Positions 23,865-34,992 are shown, numbered from the stretch's first letter. The stretch is DNA of 38,533 nucleotides from Octopus bimaculoides (GCF_001194135.2 NC_069000.1:21227692-21266224); one strand, 5' to 3'. Translations and numbers: made by a program. The notes: generated by a model not told the origin, from the sequence alone.

Positions 23865-24058
23865 TACTCTTTTACTCATTTCAGTCATTTGACTGTGGCC
23901 ATGCTGGAGCACCGTCTTTAGTCGAAATTGACTCCAGGACTTATACTTTGTAAGCCTAGTACTTATTCTATCGGTTCTCTTTTGCCGAACTGCTAAGTTA
24001 CAGGGACGCAAACACACCAGCATTGGTTGTCAAGCGATGTTGGGGGACAAACATATAT

Positions 24059-24099
<41 letters not shown>

Positions 24100-24264
24100 T
24101 ACGATGGGCTTCTTTCAGTTCCTATCTACCAAATCCACTCACAAGGCTTTGGTCAGCCCGAGGCTATAGTAGAAGACACTTGCCCAAAGTGCCATGCAGT
24201 GGGACTGAACGCGGAACCATGTGGTTCGTAAGCAAGCTACTCACCACAGAGCCACTCCTGCACC
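23865..24264 (-). mobile_element. SINE family A, full-length reverse copy
   Basis: Reverse complement aligns with 21221-21613 from head to tail. Confidence 0.9.
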
Positions 24265-25610
24265 TATATATATATATATATATCATTGTCGTTTAACGTC
24301 CGCTTTCTATGCTAGCATGGGTTGGACGATTTGACTGAGGACTGGTGAAACCAGATGGCTACACCAGGCTCCAATCTGATTTGGCAGAGTTTCTACAGCT
24401 GGATGCCCTTCCTAACGCCAACCACTCAGAGAGTGTAATGGGTGCTTTTATGTGCCACCGGCACGAAGACCAGTCAGGCGGTACTGGCAACAGCCACGCT
24501 CAAAATAGTGTATTTTATGTGCCACCTGCACANNNNNNNNNNNNNNNNNNNNNNNNNNNNNNNNNNNNNNNNNNNNNNNNNNNNNNNNNNNNNNNNNNNN
24601 NNNNNNNNNNNNNNNNNNNNNNNNNNNNNNNNNNNNNNNNNNNNNNNNNNNNNNNNNTATATATATATATATATCATTGTCGTTTAACGTCCGCTTTCTA
24701 TGCTAGCATGGGTTGGACGATTTGACTGAGGACTGGTGAAACCAGATGGCTACACCAGGCTCCAATCTGATTTGGCAGAGTTTCTACAGCTGGATGCCCT
24801 TCCTAACGCCAACCACTCAGAGAGTGTAATGGGTGCTTTTATGTGCCACCGGCACGAAGACCAGTCAGGCGGTACTGGCAACAGCCACGCTCAAAATAGT
24901 GTATTTTATGTGCCACCCGCACAAGATATATATATCATAGTGGGGTAGGTTAGTTTATGGGGTTACCCTGGGTTTTCCCGCACATAGTTGTGAGTAAATG
25001 TTTCTTAAGCAACCTATGGTAATCGTTTACTTTTACTTGAGTTTACTCCATTAGCATAGGTACCACCCGTTGATAACCATGTTAGTATTTTCCTTATATA
25101 CATTTTCTTGATAACTTCTTTTCTAAACATCCTCCCTCACTTCAAATTGCACCTACCTGTTAATAAATTGTAGTATACCCTAGACCATTACTAGCTCACT
25201 CTTTTACCTACGGACCCCATAGCCCCTTGATGGCAAATTACATGCTTTTAGCATGTAGTAACGCCTGCGCATGCGTAGTCTTACGCATGCGTAAAATTAA
25301 ACAAGCAAGCGTCTCCCGCTCAATTCATTCTCTTTCACGCTGGCCAGCGATTGAGCAAGGACGTGTGTTTTAAAGCTGTCTCTACATCTTTCGGTCTTAT
25401 ACTCGACAGCTCGTTATTCTCACCTCTAAAGATGTATAACTAAAGATTTGTATGTTTTACCAAGTAAATAAATGTTGTTTAAGTTGTTTAGTCTGGAGTT
25501 CAGCGTTCCATCTATTTCTACTAAAAGCATATGGTGCTTCTAGACTTTTTGTCTAGGCCATATTTTCTTTCCTTTTCCTTCTTCCCTTTGTTTATATTGT
25601 ATTCTCTTGT

Positions 25611-25715
25611 TTTTTACTCTGATGAAGCTCCATTGCCTTATGAAGACAAAGAAATTTGTTCTCGCATTCATTTATAGACAGCGTTTTGGTAACTGATCAG
25701 AAACAGCTGTAAGAT
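25611..25715 (+). ncRNA. degenerate hammerhead-like motif, opposite orientation
   Basis: CTGATGA at 25619-25625 and GAAA-CAGCTG-TA at 25700-25711 with the palindromic stem III ACAGCTGT. Stems I and II pair poorly. Confidence 0.35.
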
Positions 25716-25820
25716 ATGTTACGTCACCTATTTTGTTATGTCATGCTTTGTATTAAAAGATAAGCTATAAATGTGGTCCATTCAATGTGTTTGTTAATCT
25801 GAGGTTTTCTCTATTTTCTG

Positions 25821-25849
<29 letters not shown>

Positions 25850-25857
<8 letters not shown>

Positions 25858-26556
25858 ACTTGGGGATGGTCATATTGCCAGTTTAGCCAATAAAAACACA
25901 CACACTGTATATTTGGTGTTAATTTGCTTCAGCTTTATATTACATTACATTACATTAATCCTATTTCGGCCAGAGTTCTTTCGTCACACTTCTGTGACCT
26001 CATCAGTGGTCCTTTGCTTTCTTCTTTCATATGTGTGTCCCACCTTGCTAACTATCAGCCATTTTGTATTCCTATTGTATGTGTCTACGCATGCGTATCC
26101 CTCAATGTGTGTCTATGTTTTGTAAGTGCATGTGTATGTATGGGGAGTGCCTGTATTATCTTTTTGTTTTTATTTATTTATTTGTTCATGTGTTTATACC
26201 TACTTTTTTTTTGTATTTAATTTAATTAACGTATGTAGTATTTAATTCCATTTGTTTATCTATGTATTGTATTATATTATATTTGGTTCATATTGTTATT
26301 GGTTTACGAGGAATTTATTGTCATATGTTGTGGTTTGTTAGGGGTGTGTGTTAGTGTTCCATTCCAGTTTCCTATTCAGGCTAGGTTTATCTTCTATTAT
26401 GTGTGTAGCTTCTGTAATTTGTCTAAGTGCTGCGTCTCTGCTATGTGTGGATAAGATTTTAATTTCTATGTTGTTGAGTGAGCCTCCGTGTTCTTGCTCA
26501 GCGTGCTGGTACAGAACTGATGAGCTCTTCCCTTCCTTAAGTTCCCTCCAATGTTC
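25850..26556 (-). mobile_element. 5'-truncated Penelope-like retroelement 3' end (GIY-YIG endonuclease C-terminus plus 3' region)
   Basis: Stop-free frame 26556-26338: EHWRELKEGKSSSVLYQHAEQEHGGSLNNIEIKILSTHSRDAALRQITEATHIIEDKPSLNRKLEWNTNTHP*. It shows the EH...S.L..H....H...KIL...R.I.EA..I...P.LNR..EW pattern of PLE GIY-YIG domains, and a hammerhead core lies downstream on the same strand. Confidence 0.8.
25968..26012 (-). ncRNA. minimal type I hammerhead ribozyme motif
   Basis: Minus strand reads GGACCA CTGATGA GGTCAC AGAAGT GTGAC GAAA GAACTC TGGCC. Intact CUGAUGA and GAAA cores, 5-bp stem II, 2-bp stem III, CUC cleavage triplet, 5-bp stem I with one bulge. Confidence 0.65.
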
Positions 26557-26584
26557 ATTGGAGGGAACTTAAGGAAGGGAAGAG
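26525..26584. repeat. perfect inverted repeat, 29-bp arms with a 2-nt spacer
   Basis: ctcttcccttccttaagttccctccaatg-tt-cattggagggaacttaaggaagggaagag, checked base by base. Confidence 0.97.
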
Positions 26585-26589
26585 AAGAA

Positions 26590-27024
26590 CTTATGACTTG
26601 AAAGAAATGAAAGTATGGTCCAATAGCTATGCAATGTCAGTGTGCATGTATGACAAAATGTGCTTAGAGTAAAATTGGACATCAGTTATGGTGTGCACTA
26701 AAGAAGACTGTGCTGGTTGGTCATGTAATGAGGATAGATAAGGAAGGCTGTATAAAAAATGCCGATTGCTAAATGTGGAAAGAATGTATGGAAGAGGTAG
26801 GCCTAGGAGGACTCTCTTTACTCTCTTTTACTTGTTTCAGTCATTTGACTGTGGCCATGCTGGAGCACCGCCTTTAGTCGAGCAAATCGACCCCAGGACT
26901 TATTTTTTGGAAGCCTAGTACTTATTCTATCAGTCTCTTTTGCCAAACTGCTAAGTTATGGGGACATAAACACACCAGCATCGGTTGTCAAGTGATGTTG
27001 GGGGGGACAAACACAGACACACAA

Positions 27025-27081
<57 letters not shown>

Positions 27082-27320
27082 CATATATACGACGGGCTTC
27101 TTTTAGTTTTCCGTCTACCAAATCCACTCACAAGGCTTTGGTTGGCCCGAGACTATAGTAGAAGACACTTGCCCAAGGTGCCACGCAGCCACTCCTGCGC
27201 CTATGGAATGAAGTGGTAAAAACTGACTTCAAGATGTTGAACCTCTCAGAGAAGATGATGGTAGATCAAGATGAACAATATTATGTTGTGCTTGTGAAGA
27301 CCCATCCATGTCAGCAGAAT
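26590..27320 (+). mobile_element. RTE-clade LINE 3' fragment split by a SINE insertion
   Basis: ...LYKKCRLLNVERMYGRGRPRRT before 26820 resumes as WNEVVKTDFKMLNLSEKM after 27202. Confidence 0.7.
26827..27201 (-). mobile_element. SINE family A, copy with an internal deletion in the tRNA head
   Basis: Head reads ggcgcaggagtggctgcgtggcaccttgggc, missing the segment between the A-box and the CORE-like region. Confidence 0.9.
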
Positions 27321-28496
27321 TGAGGCTCTATCCAGTCTTCCTCCACTGTTCATCTATTTTCTTTACTTCCCACAACACTAAACTGATATCCACTGTGTCC
27401 AACTCATTCCCTATCTCTAATCATCTGTAATACTCAGGGCACTTCCTATTCTGTCTCACATTCACGTTGTATCTGGACCTCACATCTCTTTCCTTCTCTC
27501 TCTCACTTTCAGATAGGCAAGTCATGTATCCTCTCCCACTATCATAGTTTCTTTTTCCATTCTATACCCCAGTCACTTGAGGGGGGGGGTCTTATCTTGT
27601 GGTTACTTTGTGATCTCACCGGTGCTGGTGCCACATAAAAAGCACCTGATGGTTGGCATTAGGAAGAGCATCCAGCTATAAAGACCATGCCAAAGCAGAC
27701 ATAGAACCTGGTGGAACCCTCTGACTCGTCTGCTTTTGTCAAATTATCCAAATCAGATTGGAGCCTTGTGTAGCCTTCGGGTTCCACCAGTCCTCAGTCA
27801 AATCGTCCAACCCATGCTAGCATGGAAAGCAGACGTTAAACGATGATGATGATGATCCAACCTATGCTAGCATGGAAAAAATGCATGTTAAATGACGATG
27901 ATAATGATGACAATAACTGAAAATATAAATTGTGAGACAAGTGGCCAAGAAGGCCCAGACACCATTACTGCTGCTACTTTAGTTCTACAAGAATCCACTT
28001 CTACTAATGCTAGTGGTGGTGGTCATCATCTTCATGCTAGTAGTAGTAGTAGTAAAACAACAATAGTATGATAACTAGATATAAAAGCTGAAGAAAAAGG
28101 ACAAAACAACACTTTGCTACTTGATTTATTTTTATTTTTAACCTGCATTATGATTATCATTATTATTATTATTTCTTCTTAATATTATTAATATTATTAT
28201 CATTAACCAACAGTTTAACAAATTTTGGGAGAGTCAACAAAACAACTGCAATGCTATGTGTCAATTGTTTCAAATTTTGGCACAAGGCCAGATATAATAA
28301 GGGGAAGGTGTAATCGATTACATTGAGATCAGTACCTAACTGGTACTTCATATTACTGACCCCAAAAGGATGAAAGGCAAAGATGACCTTGGTGGAATTT
28401 GAACTCAGAATATAGACAGCTGAAAAAAATTGCTGCTAAGCATTTTTTCGAACATAAAAAATGATTCTGCCAGTTTGCCATCTTGTATGCATCAAA

Positions 28497-28498
<2 letters not shown>

Positions 28499-28534
<36 letters not shown>

Positions 28535-28577
28535 TACATGCATATGTGGGTATATATATACAGTACATGCATGTGGG

Positions 28578-28621
<44 letters not shown>

Positions 28622-28874
28622 TCTCACACATATAATGCATGTGTGTATGTATGTACATATATATGTGTGTGTGTGTGTGTGTGTGCGCGTTACATATATA
28701 TATATGTATATGTTATAGAAAGACTTCGCATACACAACTAAATTCATAAATGTGTTAACCTAATGCACATATATATGCATGTGTGCGTATGTGTGTATAT
28801 ATATGTATATATCTATACACATACACTCACTCATTCACATAAGTATACATACATAACACACAGACACACACACA

Positions 28875-28934
<60 letters not shown>
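28499..28934. repeat. compound (TA)n/(CA)n/(TG)n microsatellite leading into N-gap 28935-29561
   Basis: Directly visible dinucleotide runs plus a short duplication of tacagtacatgcat..gtgggtatatatata. Confidence 0.95.
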
Positions 28935-30274
28935 NNNNNNNNNNNNNNNNNNNNNNNNNNNNNNNNNNNNNNNNNNNNNNNNNNNNNNNNNNNNNNNNNN
29001 NNNNNNNNNNNNNNNNNNNNNNNNNNNNNNNNNNNNNNNNNNNNNNNNNNNNNNNNNNNNNNNNNNNNNNNNNNNNNNNNNNNNNNNNNNNNNNNNNNNN
29101 NNNNNNNNNNNNNNNNNNNNNNNNNNNNNNNNNNNNNNNNNNNNNNNNNNNNNNNNNNNNNNNNNNNNNNNNNNNNNNNNNNNNNNNNNNNNNNNNNNNN
29201 NNNNNNNNNNNNNNNNNNNNNNNNNNNNNNNNNNNNNNNNNNNNNNNNNNNNNNNNNNNNNNNNNNNNNNNNNNNNNNNNNNNNNNNNNNNNNNNNNNNN
29301 NNNNNNNNNNNNNNNNNNNNNNNNNNNNNNNNNNNNNNNNNNNNNNNNNNNNNNNNNNNNNNNNNNNNNNNNNNNNNNNNNNNNNNNNNNNNNNNNNNNN
29401 NNNNNNNNNNNNNNNNNNNNNNNNNNNNNNNNNNNNNNNNNNNNNNNNNNNNNNNNNNNNNNNNNNNNNNNNNNNNNNNNNNNNNNNNNNNNNNNNNNNN
29501 NNNNNNNNNNNNNNNNNNNNNNNNNNNNNNNNNNNNNNNNNNNNNNNNNNNNNNNNNNNNNGCATTATCTCATAGCTTTGAGTTAATTTTTGGAATGATA
29601 TTGTAGGGTTGGTGTGGGGGGGGGGGCTAGATTATAAACATGTGAAATAATTTTGGCTGGATATGGCAGGTTTGAATGCTAAAGTGTTAAATGGATGATG
29701 ATGATGATGGCGGTGGTGGTGGTATGTTGAATAGGTTGGATATGTTAATTGCTATTTTCAATGCTCGAAAAGCCTCCTACTCCTTTTATAAACTTTTTAG
29801 TTTGTTTGCAGATCTTAAAGTGGACTGAACTAGTTAGTTCTATATATTAACTCTTTTATTCTGCCTGCTCTAAACTAGTTTCTAAATTCTGTGTGAGGTG
29901 TGTGTGTAAATTTATTTGTGTCTATGGTATGTATACATGTGTGTGTGTGTGTGTGAGTAGGTGTGTCTATCTGTCTGTTTAACCTTATAATTGTGTATGC
30001 ATATGGATATGTACTTCTGACAAGGATAGCTGGTCCCTGTGTTGCATCCATGTTGGGAAGGCCCTCTTTCTTGCATACATTCTCCACATTTAATAGCTTT
30101 TGGTAGTAGCACTTACATACCTCTTTCTTTTCAGAATCACTAAGTGTAATTGTACCATTCTCTGATACACTGCTTTACAATCCAGAATACTTCAGTCCTC
30201 TGATCCTCCATTAAGGAAGCGCTGGATTTTTGAAAAATTGCAACATTATGTGGAATTCCACAAAGTAAAATATA

Positions 30275-30651
30275 CCGTAAATCCTCTAGTATAGTCTGCC
30301 CTTGAGTATAATATGCAGGGTATTTTTAGGGGACTGTACCTATGGAAAACCTAAACCTTGTGTATAATATGCACCCCTTCTCTAACCAAGAAGGTTTATA
30401 TAACGTCCTTTATTATTATTGTATATATAACATAGTGCAAACGTGTCGCTTTTTTGTGAACTTTGCAGAAAATAAAGAAACAGTAATAATGTCAGTGAAA
30501 AATATATATTAAGTAAATTGCCTTTACATATTTATCACTTAGAAAATTTTGCTTAGAAAATATTTTTCATTTTTAACCTCGTATATAGTACGCACTAGAA
30601 ATTTTGACCTTTAAATTTTGGGAAAGAAGTGCGGATTATACTTGAGGATGG
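30275..30651. mobile_element. Tc1/pogo-type MITE
   Basis: TA-ccgtaaatcctctagtatagtctgc ... gcggattatacttgaggatgg-TA imperfect TIRs (3-nt deletion in the right arm). Confidence 0.65.
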
Positions 30652-31665
30652 TATTTCCCACTGACTTTCATGTTCATTGATTTCCCAGTAAGAAGGAAAT
30701 CAATGGGAAAAAGAGGTTCACATACAGGATGACACCATATGGCAAGATTTTCAGGAAAGCAATGTTTCCATAACATGGGGGATGCCTGTATTTCATTCTT
30801 CCTCTTCTTTCTTATTTGTTCTGTTGATATTTCTGATGGCCAACAAAACTGATCCTTGCAACAGGCAGCCACACAAGCAACACTTTTGGAGGCAAAACTG
30901 ATTGAAATAAGTGGATTTTTTTCTTTTTGTCATTTGCCCTCTTTGTTTTTGCAATGATCTTGTTCAAATAGTTTTGCTGCAGTTAAGACAGTCTGATGCT
31001 AGAGTTTGCAATATGCTACTTGTTCTTTCCAGATTTTCAGGTTAATATTGGTATTCTTATCATATTTGAGTTGGTCTTTATAACATCATGTCAACATCAT
31101 TAATAGAACAACAGTGATGGATATGCATTACAATATGTAATGAGAGTACGATGTAATATGGAGTACAATAGAAATAACACTGATGAATCATTGCAAAGTG
31201 CAAATATGATGTACTTAGTATCACACATTGAAATGTTTGAGAGTTAGTCTGAGCACAGTAACATTATAGAGGGGAATCTTACTGAGATATCATTGTTAGT
31301 GAAAGTACAAGTTATAGTATCATATAAGGGAGGGTCTCTGACATATCAAATGTAGGTAGCAATACACAGTACCACACATGAACAGTATGTGAATTCAAGC
31401 TATTGAGTATTACAGATTGGAATACTATTGATATTTCATTGTTAGCAAGACTATAAGGTATTTAATATTAGAAATTAAAAGGCCACTGATATTTCAGTGT
31501 TCAGAGTACAAGAAATCTTATTCAGAATATCAAAGTACAAGGTATCTTATTCAGAATATCATACATACTTATATATCATTTTTAGTGTAACAAGATAAAT
31601 AGTATCATCATATATGGGAATATCTCATACACATATATACAATGTTATATCAATGGTAAACAAAC

Positions 31666-31776
31666 CTCATGAGGGAATCCACTCTGTAGAACACTGTTGC
31701 GGGCAATCTCACACATATCACAAGTGCTTAACTTCCACACCTGGGCGGCAATACTGTACTCTTCCATCAGAGGTTC
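31666..31776 (-). CDS. AMPD2: AMP deaminase exon ([37 protein letters not shown])
   Basis: 111 nt, acceptor ttttacttgcag, donor gtttgt at 31665. Contains the conserved [26 protein letters not shown] motif. No stop codon, so a further exon is required. Confidence 0.96.
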
Positions 31777-32330
31777 CTGCAAGTAAAATCAAAAGAAGGG
31801 ATCAAGTTATGATAACGTTAGAGACACATCAGCTGAAGTTTTGACTCTTTAACTTCCAGCAATCTTTATGGAGGGTAAATTTAATACAACTGCTTGGTCC
31901 TTGGATGGTTTTAGTGAAGTTCAATTTCTTTCTCACATTCAAACCATTCTTTCACTGTGTAGCACCTTCTGTATCTACCTTCAGTCCAAACCTTGTTTTA
32001 ACTTAAGCTTTGTGAAGGAAACTAGGTAGAAGGAAACTGGATGTATACCTGTCTGATGGAGTGTAACTGTAATATAAAGGGCCCGGTTATGTCGCAAACA
32101 CACAGTGCCTTGCTGATACTTCTTGAGGGCTATGTTATCAAGACAAGTGCTTGTGGTATACTCAGCCAGTTATATTATGACTCAGTGAGTAATAAGTTCA
32201 GTTGCTTGGAAAAGTGGAATACTCATTAACAAGACTGATGAGAGTTAGATTTACATATGAGTAGGGAGGAGAGAGAGACAGACAGACAAACAGAATACTA
32301 GTGGGCAGATAAACAGATACTGTTCATTCA

Positions 32331-32552
<222 letters not shown>

Positions 32553-33429
32553 CTAGTGAGAAACAAATAATAATAAGATTCAATGACCAAACTCATGAAA
32601 CAAACTGCCAAAATGTCAGTCTTACAGAATGTTTTGTTTGTTTGCTTGTTTTTTTCTTATTTGAAAAAAGAATGATGCCATTAATTTACAAATATTGGCT
32701 GTTGTTTTCAAATTTTGTGATGGCAAGAATGACATTAAGTTGTAGAGCTAACACTTGTTAATAATTCTTGATGCCTAACCCTTTTGTTACCATATTTCTA
32801 TTGAAATGCACCCTCTTTATTTCAATTAACAAAGAATTTACTAAAACATCTTGGTCATTTCTAAGCTGATAATTGAAACATAAATTAACATGGAAATTTA
32901 ATTTAGACCATTTTATATAGAAAGTTTATATCAAAGAATCAGGGTTAAACTATGTGAATAAAATGACAAAATAAAAAGTTTGGATGAGTTCTACAGATTC
33001 TTCACATTTTAATAACAGTATTGTTCCCATACAGTTTCTTTCTACCAAATTTCACTCACAAGAGCAAGTGTCTGCTACGATAACCTCAGCTTGAAGTTAT
33101 CATCGAAGACACCCACCCAAAATACAATACAGTGGAATGGAACCTGCCCAGCAACTTTCATAACAAGCATCCATAGACGCAGGCATGGCCGTATGCTAAG
33201 AAGCTTGCTTCCCAAGCACATGGTTCTGGGTTCAGTCCCACTGCATGGCACCTTGGGAAAGTGTCTTCTACTATAGCATTGGGCTGACCAAAGCCTTATG
33301 AAGGGATTTGGTAGACAGAAACTGAAAGAAGCTCGTATGTGTGCAAATGTCAAACTAACTGACACCAAAGAGAGAGACACACACACACTCTATACAGAGA
33401 CATACAGATAAATATAAAATAAAATAAAG

Positions 33430-33672
33430 TTCCTTCCCAAGTCATATACTCATAAGGCTGGTTTTCTGGTTTCCATGGCATACATATTCCCCATCTGGAC
33501 AGGATGCCGGTCCATCACAGGATTACTCATTTTTGCTAGCTGTGTGCACTGGAGCAATATGAAATGAAGTGCTTTGCTCCAGAACACAACACATTGCCTA
33601 GTCCAGGAATTGGAACCACAATCTTACGATCATGAAGCCAAAATGCCCTAACCACTAAGTCATGCGCCTCCA
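33430..33672 (-). mobile_element. additional tRNA-headed SINE (fourth family)
   Basis: Minus strand ggaggcgcatgacttagtggttagggc...gtggttccaattcctgg has A- and B-box-like motifs followed by a CORE-like gtgttctggagcaaagcacttcatttc segment. Confidence 0.6.
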
Positions 33673-33720
33673 CAAAGACAGATATATCTGGTATGAATAT
33701 ATATAAGAGTGTTCAGTTAC

Positions 33721-33841
33721 CTTTCTGAGGACCAGTCCATGAGCAATACTTTCACTGAGCATATAACCAGCCACCAAGTGAGTCACATTGCCAGCTTCTC
33801 CACAATGTGGCCGAAGAACAAATGTATTGAAACCACGTTCT
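33721..33841 (-). CDS. AMPD2: AMP deaminase exon ((R)[40 protein letters not shown])
   Basis: 121 nt, acceptor gttgtttcag, donor gtaact at 33720. Contains the catalytic LRPHCGEAG motif (Zn-ligand His, catalytic Glu). Confidence 0.97.
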
Positions 33842-34589
33842 CTGAAACAACAACAAGGGATGGAAATATACTATATGTAATAGATGTATCCACTGTCTTA
33901 TGTTAGTGTGGGTTAGACAGGTCTGCAAATTCAGATACATATAAGGAATTCATGTGTGTGTAGTATTTAGGTGGGGTGTGAGTGAGTACCAGACACTTCT
34001 AGATGAAAATCAAGAAATATATGAAGAGAAGGGATGAAATCAGATCTCAGGATGTTTGTTTTCACATACAGTACCAGATCTCTTATCCAGAAATCCGGGA
34101 ATATTATGCAATATACTGTACCCTGAATTAAGTAGACGCTGTTTTTGAATTAGTTAATTTGCATATGGTTTGTTAAAAATAGTTTTGTTCTACACTTTTT
34201 TAAAGTGAATTGATAAAGACTAAACATACTCTGCTTTAGAAATGTATTAATTTGTACCTGTATCTGTTAAATAAAATCATATTCTTTACTTTTCTTCATT
34301 TAAATTTCACTCTATAAACACTACACGATACAGTATGATATATTTTAAGAATTTTAAGTGGATTAATAAATATCAAACAGACTCTACTTTAGAAGCATCT
34401 TTATTTGAATTTGTTAAATACAATTTAACTTTTGACTTTTCATAGTATATTTCATATTGTAAGTATATTTAGGCTGTCTCCAGAAAACTGGAAAATCCAG
34501 AACACTTTCAGTCCCAAGCTTGCCGTATTAGTTCAGTACTGTATAATTCTATCTATCTGTCAGTCTGTCTATATATATATATATATATA

Positions 34590-34779
34590 TAAAATTTGGG
34601 GGGTGGAGGACTATTTGATTACATTGACCCCAGTGTTTCACTGGTACTTAATTTATTGACCCCAAAAGGTTGAAAGGCAAAGAAAACCTCGGCAGAATTT
34701 GAACTCAGAATGCAGCATTGGGTGAAATACCACTATGCATTTCATCCAGCATGCTAGCAATACTGCCAGCTCGCTGCCT
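34590..34779 (-). mobile_element. SINE family B copy about 50 nt downstream of the AMPD exon donor at 34828
   Basis: Reverse complement aligns with the family B head and body. Confidence 0.85.
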
Positions 34780-34828
34780 TAATAATAATAATAATAGTAG
34801 TAGTAGTAGTAACAATGATAAAGCTGAC

Positions 34829-34992
34829 CTGCGGAATTGATTGAGGACGGTCATGTTAGCAAACATATAGTACAAGTAGTAATTATATGGTGGGTTCTCA
34901 TCACCGGTCCAGTTGTGTGGAAAAGGACTGTCAGCATCAAACACCACATGCTCAGATTTCGATTCATCATCCACAGAATCAAAACCTGAAAC
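34829..34992 (-). CDS. AMPD2: AMP deaminase exon ([54 protein letters not shown])
   Basis: 164 nt, acceptor cttttatag, donor gtcagc at 34828. Contains the conserved [10 protein letters not shown] and NPPY.YYLYY..AN motifs; phases fit both neighbours. Confidence 0.97.

Noticed and set aside
25375-25435. Third hammerhead candidate on the minus strand (CTTTAGA-GGT...ACC-GAAA-GATGTA) within nested short inverted repeats
   Set aside because: Two mismatches in the CUGANGA core, and stems I and III do not pair. At most a decayed relic.
26517-26590. Plus-strand CTGATGA directly before the palindrome as a hammerhead with a giant stem II
   Set aside because: The hairpin is followed by AAGAAC, not GAAA, and no stem I or III forms. 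The heptamer is simply the antisense of GIY-YIG codons.
30110-30260. Minus-strand donor-like GAG|gtatgt at about 30121 as an extra AMPD exon end
   Set aside because: The phase-0 frame contains TAA upstream and has no AMPD similarity.
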